Position numbers and translations under genes: made by a program. A stretch of DNA of 63,236 nucleotides, filler included, from Circinaria calcarea (Eukaryota): the NCBI GenBank assembly GCA_051942165.1. It is 4 parts of 4 records of this genome, joined end to end, with 100 filler letters (N's around TTAATTAATTAA, not from the genome) between each part and the next. Parts side by side here need not be neighbours in the genome. Positions count along the whole stretch, not along the records: positions 47,571 to 63,236 come from JAVECS010000355.1; 3 more parts are not named here. One strand, given 5' to 3'. Numbering within the stretch: position 1 is the first letter of the stretch; each line of letters begins with the position of its first letter. This document shows positions 49,021-62,572 of the stretch, one piece after another. The notes beneath the pieces were generated by a model. The model saw only the letters and a list, made by a program, of their open reading frames with translations, made no database searches and had not been told where the DNA came from.

Positions 49021-50125
49021 GGTAGGAGCGATTATGTGCTCCGGCGATAGTGTCTAGAGAATGAAGAATTACCTGGACAGTGGGTTAGGTTTCAATTGAT
49101 ATTGGCGATTCTCTAGATCGCTTGACGGTTTTGACAGCTGCAGGTACTTCTGTCCGTCGTCATATTGCTTTTGATCGGCTTTCCCGAACTTTCGGTAGCG
49201 ACAGCCGTTGCATCTAGCCTCATTGAGAGCCATCAAATGGGTAGCCCTAATCTGAAATACACCGTCAACATTCTAGAATTATACATATCACCATTGCTGG
49301 CTACCCCTTCAGATAAAAGACCATTTGTATTTATGGAGACCTAGATGTAGCACCTGACTTTGTTCACAGCCATCATTCCTTAACCACTAGCTGCTAACCG
49401 AACAGGGTTGCTAATTCTGTGGAAAACTCTCCGTGGACAAACATAGCATAGGGACGAAAGCCCGAAAGCTAATCGAATAAATTGGCCTTGATTGATTATC
49501 TTTTCATCTTCAGCAGCGATTTCAAGTCGACGACCGAAGCTAGCCGGTGTGGACAATAGGGGTAGACGACAGCCATAGGTATCTACCTAAGGAACCAGAT
49601 GCGGCAGCGTTAATGCGACATTAGGTCAGGTAGATTCTTCAAAGTTCCTAGCTTGTCTTCCGAGTGAATAGAGGATAATTCCGAACCCTCAAGTAGTGAA
49701 TCACGTAACGACCAAGGAATACGATTGAACAGGCTTTCACTCTAGATCCGGCCTAAAGTCCCAGAAGCAAAGGTCTGATCACGATGTAGACAGCACCTTT
49801 AAGTTCCAACAAGCAAGACCTATGTTTGGGCTCCATTGTACACTCGTAGCCAAAGTTAGAATGCATAGGCGCAAGTCAAGGAAACTGATGCAGTCTAAAT
49901 CAGAAGCACTCCCCTGACTTAAATGCCATCATCATTTCGTTCTAAATCACATCAAAAGGGATCTTGCAGTATCTTGAGAATCGACTTCTCGGACTCATTT
50001 TCAGTTTCCATGGATCCCACCCCATATCGAAGAGCCTGTTCACAGATCCTCGACAGAAAGCAACGAGCACAAATCTCAAGGTCAAAGACGCTCACTAGCA
50101 TAACCACAGATCAACGCTTCCGAAC

Positions 50126-50650
50126 ATGGCGGCCAACAATGACAGCATGGTAAAGGTCAAGTCGTGGTCTACCGGCGATGATAGACATCTCATGCAAATG
50201 GCATCGGCGGGTAATACCCTCTTGGTGCGAACCGCCAGTTACTCGGATTCTTGGGGGACCATGGAACCCTGGGGCTTTGATGAGGAGGAGCCACTGATCT
50301 CCAATTGGCAAGCCGATAGCAGTGACCAGCCAAATGGTGACTATGAAGACCAAGTAACATCGAGTCAGGACAGCAGCACAAGCTCTGCTGACATTGAATC
50401 CTGGCAATCTAATTCACACCGGCTCCAGGAATTTGCAAATGAGAACTCGAGGACTTGTTCATTTTTTTCTAGGCTAGATAGAATCAGTGCAGATGGAATC
50501 ATCTGCTACGTTCCTAACTGTGATATATGTAACCATACCCGGGAAGAATTCATCCTAGAAAGCTTGTCGCCAGACAATAGCAATCCTTCTGGGGCTAGTC
50601 CCAACTCCTACGCACAAGATGGTGCATGTGATGCTCCGCAAGAAGGCTAG
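50126..50650 (+). CDS. Hypothetical acidic/Ser-rich protein (174 aa)
   Basis: ATG-started ORF, convergent with the next gene, containing CYVPNCDICNH; no family recognised. Confidence 0.3.
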   Translation: MAANNDSMVKVKSWSTGDDRHLMQMASAGNTLLVRTASYSDSWGTMEPWGFDEEEPLISNWQADSSDQPNGDYEDQVTSSQDSSTSSADIESWQSNSHRLQEFANENSRTCSFFSRLDRISADGIICYVPNCDICNHTREEFILESLSPDNSNPSGASPNSYAQDGACDAPQEG

Positions 50651-50777
50651 GAAGACTCTTAGTGGCGACCAAAGAGAAAGCAAGCTCGGACTTTCTTCGG
50701 TATCCGGTTTCGCAGCCCAAATTGGCGGAAGCTCCGCTCACGATTATCTGGCTCCCCCGCGCAAAGGTTGACCTCTT

Positions 50778-52329
50778 CTATTTCCTCAAAAACCCACCCC
50801 CCATCTTCCGACGAAGCGAGCCCACGCCGCCTCGTGGTCCCCGACGACCAGTAAGCCAAGACTCCTTCAGTGACTTGCTTACTTTGGACGCTCTTGGTGG
50901 TAAAGTAGAGGTATTATCTTCCAAGACTCGAATACGCAGAGAACCACGCTTGATATCTTTGGGAGGTTTCGGCTCCATATCAATAAATCTATGCTTATGA
51001 GACTTTGATGACCGAGAATCTGGAGGGGGCGTTGGAAGGCGGATCACTGGCTTTGATGCAAGGATTTCATCGGGAAGATGGAGAGGCAAAGGACCTTCGC
51101 TGTTAAATTTGAATGCCGCCCCAGGTCTATCGTCACCGACACGCGCCAGTAAGGGATCATCAATAGTGGCATCTGGGTCACTCTCTGATGAAGCAGATTT
51201 TTCCTTTCGTTTTTGTCTCTTGGCCGACTTGGCTTGCTCCTTTAGGCGTGCATCCAGTACTTGGCGTTTCTTGCGATTTTTTTTTTCTTGTCTGTCGGTG
51301 TTAGCTTTAGGTAGGATGAAAGTTTTGAATATTAAATGCTCACCTCTCTACTGCCTTGGCCGCATCAGCAGCTGCTACACGTGACTGAAACAATCCTGCC
51401 GACGCAGATATGACCTCCGGTGCATCATCTTCACTGTCATCTTCGATGGTCGTATGATGACTCGTAGATGCGTTGGGGGTGACTTCGCTGGCTTCGGACG
51501 GTGAGGGCTTCTCTAATATTTCTACCTTCAGCTCTTCACTTCCAAATCTTTTGTGTGTTGGCTTCTTGTTTGTAGCCTCGTTCCCAACATGGTTGATGTC
51601 ACTTTTGCGAGCTGCTCGCTTTGCCGATTTGGGACTCTTTTGCAACTTTGTCTCATTGTTCCTCTTAACACCGGGCTTGCTTTTCTTCGTTTTCACAGAC
51701 TTGCCACTAGTGGATTCCTCGGGATCTCGTCCATTGACTAGAGTGTCGGCGCTACTTGTCTCCTTGGAGTCGTCCATGTTGACCAAACCAATGTGGTCAC
51801 TGAATATAGTAGATGCTGAAGCAGTGCCGTCAACAGAGTTCGTTCGAGATTCAGATACCTCGGCAACAGCAGGCGTTTCGTGATGCTGACTGGGATTTCT
51901 GTCTTCGATCAAGTCATCCGCATTGGCCGACGCCACATCTTCCAAAACCTCTGTGACAGGTGCCTTGATCCTGATAGACTCTGACATTGATGAACGTCGT
52001 GCCGGTGTACCGGTATCTGCCAACTCTGTAGCTGGCTCGCAATTGGCCCGTCTTCGCTTCGGTGACAACTGCTCCAGCGTGTTGCTTGACTCATCTTCAT
52101 TTGCCCTCTTCCTAGTCGCACTCTCTTGTGTAGCTGCCCCGTCATCATATAGCACTTCAGTGGCTGCTAAGGCATGGTCTTCCAGCCTCGTAGTAGCCAT
52201 GCCTTCGTCCGCTGCAATGGCGAGGTCTGCCTTGATCTGTCGGTCAGCTGCAAGGCTATGAGAATGTTCCACAGTGAGACTTGATCTCGAAAGGAAAACT
52301 CGGACGTTTTGAAAGAGGGATGAAAACAT
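50778..52329 (-). CDS. Probable U3 snoRNA-associated nucleolar protein (Utp16/Bud21-like); exons 52329-51344, 51291-50778
   Basis: Low-complexity charged protein with HKRFGSEE, DDSEDDAPEVIS, LPLHLPDEIL, KDIKRGSLRIRVL, KSLKESWLTGR. Confidence 0.65.
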
Positions 52330-52490
52330 GTCAGCCAATGAGACAATAGTGCGACGCATTAGTGGACAATGAATTGTGACTTTGTGGGGTTGCCAAGATT
52401 TCGAGAGTGCTAAGTTCGGCAAAGTTGCCGACCAAGCGTGGGAAGAAGGCTGAGAGATGCTCCCGTCTCATGTTGCAATGATCATAGATC

Positions 52491-53856
52491 ATGAGCCTCC
52501 GGCCTCCACGGCGCCTGGCAATCAAACATGCGAGACTCTACAGAACACACAACCTACTTGCTACGAGCATAAGGTTCTTCGCCACAACATCAATCCGTCC
52601 AGCCATTGGCCGTTCTCCTCGGGTAAGGGACATAGAGAGGGCCAAGAAGCACGAAAGGCGGCAACCTATCCAAGCAGAGGCCAGTGAGCGTTGGCCGACT
52701 GCAATCCTCGATGCGGCGTACGGGAAAGGAGGCCTCGCCGTCTCGAGCGCGAATGCAATTCGGATACTAGATGGCTTCCAAGAACTGGGGAGCCGGCCTG
52801 ATGAGAAGTTGGTGCGGCAGCGGTGTTCCCGTCTGTCAAGCCCTTGCATCTCGTCGCCGACAGCATCACTAATTTCTCGCAGAGTGGAACATAAAGCCCC
52901 TGACGCTCACCAAGCTCGCCTTCGTCCTCCTCCGCAGCGGCTCCCAACATCACGCCACCGCCAAAGCCCTCATGATCGCTGCCTCTAAGCAGCGGGACGT
53001 GGCAGCAACGCTCCACCTCATGTCCAAAGCCATCAAGATCAACAATTACCGACATCCCGACGTTGCCTCTGCTCGACAACACCTTTCGGATTTGGCAACA
53101 TCTGGCAACCCCCAGGCACTCACCCTTGCCGGTCAGATCCGCGAAAGTGAGGGCGACTATGAGAAGGCACTGGAACGGTATGAGCGAGCAGCCAGAGTCA
53201 GGGTTACTACCGATACCAGCGGTGCTGTCTCTGATGGAACCATTGCCGATGCCTGGAGCGGAATAGCCCGACTTCAAGCAATCGCCAAAAATTGGACAGA
53301 GGCCAAAGCCGCGCTTGAAAAGGCAGCGTTGCAGCATGACGACCCTTCGGCTTACTACGGGCTAGCTCAGCATTACGAAAGCCTCACATCACCTAACTGG
53401 CTAAACTATATGCTCAAAGCAGCCATGTCAGGTGATGCGGCGGCCGCCAACAAGCTTGGTCGATATTACTTAGGACATGTTTTGGGCATTCTTCCACTAG
53501 CAAAGACCGGGAAAGCGGTTATAGGCAACACCTCCTTGCGGCAAAGCTCTGAAAATCTCATCTTAGCTACAGAATGGTTTACCATTGGCGCCGAATCCTC
53601 AATCACCGCCAGTCAGCTCTATCTCGCAATTGTTCTTCGCGCTCAAGGGCAGATGGAGAAGGCAGTTGACTGGCTTGCAATGGCTTCAAGTGATCGGCAG
53701 TTGGACCATGCCAGTGCCTACTACAAAAAGTATTGGCACAATAACAACTATAGCTTCTTATGGAGGAGTGATACTAGTGAAGAGGAAGACGAATACTGCT
53801 TGAGGACCTTGGTCGAACGGTGGGCGGAGCAGCACGAGAAGATGCGGAGGAGGTGA
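52491..53856 (+). CDS. Sel1/TPR-like repeat protein, probably mitochondrial; exons 52491-52830, 52883-53856
   Basis: Arg-rich acid-free N-terminus; helical repeats ALTLAGQI..GDYEKALERYERAA, DPSAYYGLA, AAMSGDAAAANKLGRYY, EKAVDWL. Confidence 0.75.
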
Positions 53857-54911
53857 TTAGTAAAGCCGGGTTCCCTTTTTCTCAGATCGACGGATTCGGT
53901 CCTCTGGAACAGATGTAGTTAGCAAAAGGTTCAATTTCATGACACGAAGCATCCAATCCACGACCTTTCCCTTGGCTGCCAAAGTAAATCAGCATACAGA
54001 CACTGGCCACCCGTCACGGAGTCCAGAAACCAACCGACACCGATGCGATAATGTGGTAGCCCTACCGAATAGAAAATGTCGGGACAACTCTGGCAAAACT
54101 CTGATCGGGTCATACAACACGGCTAACGAAAGGGTGCTGGAATATCTTCAGAATGGAGGATGGCCAAGTCTACCAGATGGGCATCAGCGGAGTAAGATCG
54201 TATGGACTGAGACGGCAGAAGTCCCCAAGGTAGTTCGTTATCAAAGAGCGCATCCCGCGAATAAGACATTCATCTAAAAACGACACTCTATCGCTAAACC
54301 TCCCGGTGTCCATTATTCTCGCTCATATCTTGATCGCTCGTGAACCAAACAATGCTACTGAAACTGTGAGAGTAGAAAAGGAGAAGCTTCCTGGGTATAT
54401 AATTCCACGTCCAAAAAGAAGTAAGAAATGGGTATATCTAGAATGTCCTCACACAAACGGGAAGACGAGAGCTCCACTGATTCTTGGATTTTGAGGATGG
54501 ATATCTCTCCGTTCCCCCTTGCATTCCCTGTTTCAGGTTTATATCCATGGACTCGTCCTTTGGGGGGAAAATAAATCGCTGCCCTAATCTGGCCAAACAA
54601 ATGGTGCACTGGAAGGCCGAAATGCGCTGATTGGGTTCTCCAAACTTATGCTGGGCAAGAATTCCTGTCATACAATGACTTCTTAACGCGGAAATGTGGC
54701 AAACTTTAATTGAGACGGCCTCAAGATCTTGCTTCGACGTTATCACCAATCCTGGATAGAGTCCGGCACACCTAGGCGGTGGGTAAGCATCATCAATGGC
54801 AGACCTGATGGGCAAAGTGGTGAGTGTGAGGTTTCTGCGTCCGTCCCCTTACTTGGCATAGTGCACTCTAACATGGTCCTGTGAATGGTCCTTTGAATGG
54901 AAGGGTTTTCA

Positions 54912-56397
54912 TTATTTCTTCTTCCGCTTTCTTCCAGGCTTTGCTCTCACGCTATCCTCATCACTTCTGTCACTTGGGCTTCCGCCGCTGTCTGTACCGC
55001 TCCGCTTCTGGCCCTTCTGGGAGGCCTTACCTTCATTACCTTTCTTCACCTGGACGTTTGCTCCCTGCCGTTTGAGATCCCTTGTGAGTGCTGTGCTGGC
55101 CTTCATACCTGGGAAGTCTTTGGCGCTGAATACCTCGAAGACATCGCTCTCAACGCTGCTGACTATGCTCCCCTGGCCACCAGTGAGAGCAAGTTCCACA
55201 TTAAGGTGCATCAACGTGAAGCGCAGCTTATACAGCCCGTTTTGACGACACGAGAGATCATGGAAGATAAAAAAGCATCCGAGTCTGGAATTCTCCGTCT
55301 CACAGGCTGGTGCCTCAGGATCAATGCCCACGAACGGAGTTGCTACCAGAGTCCCCATTAGACGACGGCTAAACTTGCTAGGATTATTAGGATCGGGTAT
55401 GGAGGTTACGTCTATACCGGTGGAAACCGCAGACGATTGATGTGGGACTGAATACAGCGCGCAGTGAGCGACATTCAACGGCCATCGGAGCTCTTCCACA
55501 TCAGCCGCGGATTCGGGGTCGAAGTCTGTAAGTGAAAGCTGCAGTATTGGTGGGGGATCGATAACCCGACGGTCGCGCTCACCAAAGCCACAAGCTCGAG
55601 CAGCGATAGGCTGCTGGCGGATCGTAAGCTTATAACGGCTCAAGCTGAGGATCGTTATTAGCGATAAATAGTCCAGTTTCTCAGGACAGAAATAGCATTT
55701 ACACTTTTTGCGGAACTGGTGATGCCATTGCCAGGCTTGCGTCCTTCTTAGGTTCAGATGTGGGTTCTGCAGCGTAGTCGCTAGACGAAGTTCTGGAACT
55801 AAAACGAGAGGCTGCTGAGTCCCGATGTGACCTGTGATGGGGAGACGGCGGCAGTGGCGCCGCATTGGGTCTATTCTCATTGTTGAAGGAGTATGTCCTA
55901 TTGAAATGAGACCAATCCGCTCTCCCTGGACGATAAGTTGGTGACTCTATAGAAGGCGCTGGATGTGAAAATCTAGGGGTAAGTGTTGTTCGCGGAGAAA
56001 CATAAGCGCTTAACTTTGGTGATATCGCAGGTTTTGCATATGGAGGCGAATACGGTTCAGATTGAAGGAGACTCTCAACAGGAACCGCGGATGGTCGCTT
56101 CCTGGGCGGACTGTGGATTACAGGAGGAAGCTGAAGTCGCTTTCTATCAGTAGGCTCCGTGAGTGAAGGGTAGCTTTGATATCCGTATTGCATATCTCGA
56201 TAGAGAGGCGCCGGAAATGGATGGATATTCGGCGGATGTGGAAGCTGGGGTGACTGGTGAATGAGGTGAGGCGGCAGTGGCGGAGGGAAAGCGTGCGGAC
56301 CCCGGGAGGGCAATTGAGTGGTCGCCATGGTTGACGAGGTCTTGGACGGTGTACTGCTTTTCTGGTGGTTAGGCTGCAAAGGATGGTTGTAGGACAT
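54912..56397 (-). CDS. velC: Velvet-domain regulator with C-terminal velvet domain (VelC-like); exons 56397-55703, 55644-54912
   Basis: YKLTIRQQPIAARACGFGERDRRVIDPPPILQL, FFIFHDLSCRQNGLYKLRFTL, SDVFEVFSAKDFPGMKASTALTRDLKRQG. Pro-rich N-terminus and basic C-terminal KPGRKRKKK. Domain call is firm; the subfamily is inferred from architecture. Confidence 0.85.
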
Positions 56398-59300
56398 GAG
56401 TTGGTCGCATCAAGCCGGCCGGGAAGACAGGGACGATGAATTGACATAAGAATCACACAATGACCTCGGCTGAGCTTCAAGCAGGACAGCAGAGGCAGCA
56501 AAGAGCAGCAGGACCACGCTTATTTCCCACGGTGCAGTAACAAGACGGGTGGCCAGACCTTGATGCTGTTGGAAAGCATTCCACCATATAGATGATGTTT
56601 GGAGAGAGATACCAAGCATTTTGGGCCCCTCATGCCGGACGAGGGATCACCGCGCCTCCAGCCCTCTATTGAATGGAAAGGGTACCGGGGGAAAGGGTGG
56701 CCACACGGGACTCCAAGCCCAGGTCTGTGTAGTGTCGGGAGCAGGGAAACAAACCAGATCCAGATCTGGGGCTAGACGGTTGACAAATTGGGGTGCGTGC
56801 TGCGTGTTTTCGGCAGGCACAGGTTCGAAAGGGACGGGGGGCCGTTGGACATGACCCTGGCCCCCGGGGAGCGTGTCCCTGGACAAGGCCGGCACAAGAG
56901 TCCGCCCGAGTCTGTGTCTCTGGAATGGGTTTCCCTCTCGACTGAAGCGGTGGCCGTCGAACTGCTCCCAGTTAGAGGGAGGTGGCCGCTAAAGTCGGTG
57001 ATCAGCAGAAGATCGGCAGCGCATTGACTGGTTTTCAAAAGCGCCTCTTCCGACGTGATGGCCAAGCTGATTGGTCGACGGGCGAGCTTGAGACGAACGA
57101 CAACCCATCATTTCTGGATCCCCTCAACCGAGTCGTACAGTTGATGGGGACTTCCGCGGCCGATGCAGCATCTAGCATATCGTCGTTGCATACCGGAGCT
57201 TGGGGAATCCAACTGAATTGGGTCGAAGCAATTGTGGGGGGAGGGAAGGGGAAGGGGAATGGGAAGAGGGGCCCACGACATGCTCGATGATGGTGGAAGG
57301 CTCGTACGGTCGGAGGTTTGGTGCAGGCCGCCTTGCCACATGCCAGCTTGGCAGTGCTGTATTGCGACGGGGGCAAACGAGGATGATCCGCGTTACGTTG
57401 AGAGCCCCGGTCAAACTCGTAAAATAGTAGATGGTGTACAGGTGAAGAAAAAGGGTCAGCAGCATGGGCGAAGCTGCAGGACTGGTGGGCGAGCATCATT
57501 CCAAAGACACCAAATGACCCGGCAGGAGATCAGAAAGGGAGGATTGGATTCACAAGGACTGGAAGTCTGGTCACTCTCCGGAGAACCTAGTGGGTGAGGA
57601 CCTAGTGGTAGTGGGTTGCCGCTACCGACCTCTCATTCTGGTGTGGGGAAGGCGGTTCGGAACTTGGACGATCGAAAGGCTTAATCCATTTCAGGTCTAG
57701 CCAATCCATTCCCGCCCACCTCCCCCCCTCCGTTTGGTAGCATTGTCTCCTGTATCTCGTCCCCATCCTCCTCATCATTGATCCTATGACGACTTGAGAT
57801 ACGCTGGCAGCATCAGTCGATCACACGACATGCTGCACATTTTTGTAAGCTGCATCCTTGAAACCTCACCCACGCAGGTGTGCTCACCACCCAGACCTTC
57901 CGAAAATGCGGCGAATCGCTCTGACAGAACCGGCTGCTTCGTGCTGATTTGGAACCGACAGTGATGGAGAGAAACAAGATCGCGGCATCCGAACCTATCA
58001 AACTCGCCGCCCAGGCGGAATTGCTGCTTCACCGAGTTAGCGCGGCATCGCCAGATTGCCCCCTAGTGAACCCAGTCTGCAGCTGTCAAACCAGCAGTAG
58101 GGTGTTGCGCAACCGTGGTTGCCATCCAACTTAACAGGAATTGGAGGGGATGGACGGGCGATAACATATCGAAATGCGTATGGTCTGCATAGTCACCTGC
58201 ACAGCAAACCCGGTATCTACACCGTCCTCCTGGATTTGACAAGCCACTCCCCGCGAGCACAGCCAACCATCCCACCGACGGCACTGATCGGCGCGCCCAT
58301 TCTTTGATGCGCTCCTCAGGGTAAAGACCAAAGGACTCGGCGCTGACATGCCACTTTGCTGATCACCGAAGACCTTATCACCCCAAAGGTGGGAGGTTGG
58401 ACCAACAGAGCTTTGCTCCCTGGTATCTATTATTGGCGCTACTGTGTAACACCCCGTGCTACTTCTGTCTGTGTCAACCAGAATGATATGTCACTCTCGA
58501 CGGCCTATCATTCGACATTTCCGCCCACATGCCCTATTGTCCGGTTGAACACTAAACTGTATCCTACCCGTGTACTTTCAGGATTCCGGCACCGGAGAGA
58601 GAAATACGCTTCTAGGACTACATCTCCAGCAGTTGTCCCGAACAATTTTGGACCGTAGCCAGCCTCGTCCCACATATCGGCCAATGGCGCGCCGATGGTC
58701 TCCGAGTCAGGTGGCAGGCTCCGTTACCAACAGCTCTACTGATTAAGATAAAAACTCGTAGTAAGTAAGAAAAATCCTAGTTGAGTAGGTCAGAGTCCGG
58801 TCGCCTTATTGACAGCAGTTGGCTGAACTCTGTTATGGTAGTAAGTTAGCCTGCTTTTTGCCTACGTATCTATCCTGCTAAATGCCAAAGTATTGCTTAC
58901 TTATCGGGGTGCAGACAAGTATGACGTGATGCCAAGCCCGTCCGCTGGAGACGAGCATCACAGCCACACTGTCCCTGTCTGGGTATTAGAAAATAAGTCT
59001 CTTGATCGATAGCGTCTCTGCTACGTAACATTGGTAAGATGCAGGTCGAATAAGTTCTTGAAAGACCACTACGTACTCGAAACCTTTCTGCCTCGCTGAA
59101 ATGGTTGCGATCGATCGATCGATGCGTTCCGGGAAGACAAGCTGCAGCTGTCAAACCGGACCGTGGGGACAGCAGCTCATCACGTTATGACCAGTCATCC
59201 AGGGGCCCCGACATCTTTTGACAGCAGGAATGCATCAAAGCCATGTGTGAACAAGTGTGATTCGTTTCCGACTCTCTCGTTGTAGCGTATTGGTACGGAG

Positions 59301-61429
59301 TAAGACAGCTGATATCACAATGCATGAGGAGATGCAGGCGGTCTGGATGTCGCTGCATGATGATCCCATCGAGGCACATGCCCAAGTACTTGAAGGTGCA
59401 AAAAGCCGCTCGGATGCCCTTTCAATCGTGCAGACAAATCATTTGCTGCAGTACCCGCCGTCGTCTGCAAATACCGTCAATATAAGTTTTCACTGTAGGT
59501 AAACATGGGTAGGGTCTTGCGACTATTCATTCTGGAGACGCCGGAGAAAGCACCATTTTTGTTTTCGGTCAGATGTCAAGTGGTCAATGCAGGAGAACCA
59601 AAGCAGCGCTTGTAACCTTGTTGCGTAGGCCATATTAGATTAGTACCCCATATAGCGATTTAAAAACCCCTCCGCCGATGTGGAGGATACAAACGAAGAT
59701 AAGTGCTTTTGGTGTGTGACGGCTACATGCCCCATGCTTGCGCAATATTAAGAATACCAAGCACTGATTCTCAAGTAGTTTGATTCTAGCTTTCCTTCTC
59801 GGCTGCTCTGTTAGCATCTCTCAGTTCATCGACGTTTATCCATTGCTGAATGCACGCTTCTTTCCGCTCGTCATCATGTAGATAATACCATATCCACGAT
59901 ACTCATATCTTGCTGGCGGGTGAGGTAGTATCGCACCACGGTTCCAAGAGAAGCTCGGTCTATCAAGAAATCACCCGTGTGTCTTAGATTCCCGTCACTT
60001 GGCAGGTGCCACCGTGATGATTGACCCTGGGTCCGAAATCCATCGTCGCTCTCGTTGACAGCCTCTTCGGTAGCTACCGCTCCTGGTGCCACACTCGATA
60101 AGCTGTTGCTGTCACGGTGGCGTTTCTTGGCATTGATCATAGCGCCCATCTTTCCCTCACTTTGGGCTCAGGTCCCACTTTTGAGATTTGATGGCTGAGA
60201 TCATCACTGGTTTTAGCGGACGATCAGATCCTTCGGCTTTTGGCTAAGCCTTGGTCCGTGATCCAGTGCGGCTCACGGCTTTTCTGCCCACCCGTCCTCG
60301 GAGTTGGATGTCATCTATCTCTCCTGACAGCGTTGACACGTATCAAGCTTGTTCCTTCAAGACAATAGAAAAGGTCGCCTCGAATGCGACAATAGCGAGG
60401 GCTAGAGGAGGTGTGGCTGTACTAGAAGGGCACATCCAAACGACCTATCCCGATTCATCGTACCCTACTATTGTCCCGCCCGCCCTTTCCAGTCCTCGGA
60501 CAGGGTACCAATCGAATCCGGGGAACCGGACTTTGGCCTAGGATACCGGTCCTCTGGGTCGAGGACGATCTGGTATACTCTAATGGCGATTCCCTTCTTT
60601 AATTGCTGCAAGCCGATGTCATTAGCTACATGTCCAACGAACCATCATGTACCACGTCTTTCACGAGAACTAAACCCGAGGCGGTTTCTGTTCTCGCCAC
60701 CACCTTCATAGCCACAATACCCTTCTCTTGTGTGGTGCCAGTCCTTGTCATCTCTTCTTTTGATCTCCGTTGATGACCCGAGATATCCGGAAGCCCTTGC
60801 GGCTCCCGAAATCACGATCATGCTAATCTAGCGAGCCGTGCTGTTACATGCGCCTCCCCAAGGATCCGGTGTACCCATATTGGACACCTCAAACACCAAT
60901 ACCGTGATGCCGTCGCCGCCAAGAGTCTAGATCGGGAAGCAAATCGATGTTCCGCGGCGTGACCCGACTCTAAGAGGAACGATGCAAACTGGCTAGCTGA
61001 GGATACTGATAAGCCGACTCGAGAAGAGATGTTAGCTCCCTACATGATCTGCATTGGAGAGCACCGTTCTGTCTACACGGATTAGTCCCCTCATCAGGTT
61101 TTGTCTGATGATGCTTTAGCATGTGGGATGGAGCATGTTCGAAAGGACCGGAGGCAGAGCGGCTCTAGATTTTGTAGTTTAGCCTGAAACATGTGGCTGC
61201 ATGCGTGCTTTTCGAGACAGTTCATTAGTAAGGGGCAACATCTCAGAAGGTTTGTTCGATAGCCAAGGTGCTGATTTTTGGATCCTTACTTTGTACCTAT
61301 CAATCATCCTTTACCACTCCTTAGGAGTAGGTCAAGCCTCAAGCTAACGATTGTGTAGAAGGCCAGGACTTCTTTATTGGATTGTGGTATTGCTTCATTA
61401 ACTCGTTCCGGTTCTACCTCTTAAGCTGC

Positions 61430-62080
61430 GACTTCTAGCTACCATGGCTTGTGCAGACATTGCACCCATCTCCCTGTAACTCCAACAATGGTAGCTTAAG
61501 GGCGAGATTTAAACATGACATCTCAAATAGCAACTATGAGTTTATTAGGCGCCATCCTTTTACAGACTACCTACTTCTATCCTTCCCTTCTCCAGGATGT
61601 TGTTCAAGGTCGAAGAGTCAGAAAGTCCCTGGATTATTGCGTGTGCATTCGACCGAGCTCCCTTCTCCAAGTCAAGCAAACATTTCCCCCGTACTATATG
61701 CCACGTCAAATTCCTCATCCAAACAATCTTCCTCGCGCCAATCTACGCTCTTCCGCCACTAGAAGCATGCAAGCGGTCCTTCAACACCGAATTACGAGAC
61801 TCCTATCAGATTTCTACAGAGACAAACAAGCCTAATTGCAGACGGCCCAGTGGATGCAATGGCAAACAGAGTTGGCATACTTGGCATCTCCAGCTAGGAA
61901 GGGAGGTCCTAAGGTTATGGTGATCAGCCGCTGCTTTCCGAGCTATAGAAATCCAACCGAACTTCAAACTTGGCCGCTGACATACTTAGAGAAGAGACCC
62001 CCACGGTATTTGTAGGACTACTGCGCTATGGACAAAGGACTGGTACTCCCAATTCTACAACACATCAATCCTCTATTGGT
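61430..62080 (+). pseudogene. Possible decayed fungal PD-(D/E)XK nuclease-like gene
   Basis: Fragments in different frames and in the expected order: WLVQTLHP, KSLDYCVCIRP, ISTETNKP, GICRTTALWTKDWY. Several frameshifts and stops. Confidence 0.3.
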
Positions 62081-62546
62081 GACGAGGTGGCACTATAGCT
62101 TGGGAGACCGGCCGCCAGGCAGACATGCTAGATATATTACTGCCTCGACGTTGCGTGACGGGGCCGAGGGGGAAACAACAAAGCGTCTCATCTTCCATTG
62201 CGAGGCAAAGATGGGCATCCAGATTCCCTTCCCTCCGTGCCCTACCCTACACCATGATCTCCCCTGAATGACCTAGGCAAGGTAAATTCCGGGAATCCGG
62301 TGGCTTTCGATTCTGCTCCCCGGTGCACTATTTCCGTAGTACCCTCCCTCCTCTATACGCCGGATATCACCATCTTCAAACAATCCACACTTCTCCGCTG
62401 TTCCATGTCCTTTCGTTTCCACCTTCCCTTCCGCGCTTCCCCTGCAAAGGCAGGTATCGACAGCCCTCCGCGATTTGGGTCAATCACGCCGCGTGGCAAA
62501 TGCCTTGAATCGCGTGCCTTCTTTTTCAACCGATGGGACGGGGGCC

Positions 62547-62572
62547 GGGAATGGGAATGGGAATGGGAATGG
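62547..62572 (+). repeat. (GGGAAT)4 microsatellite, potential G-quadruplex
   Basis: GGGAATGGGAATGGGAATGGGAATGG, preceded by GGGACGGGGG. Confidence 0.8.
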
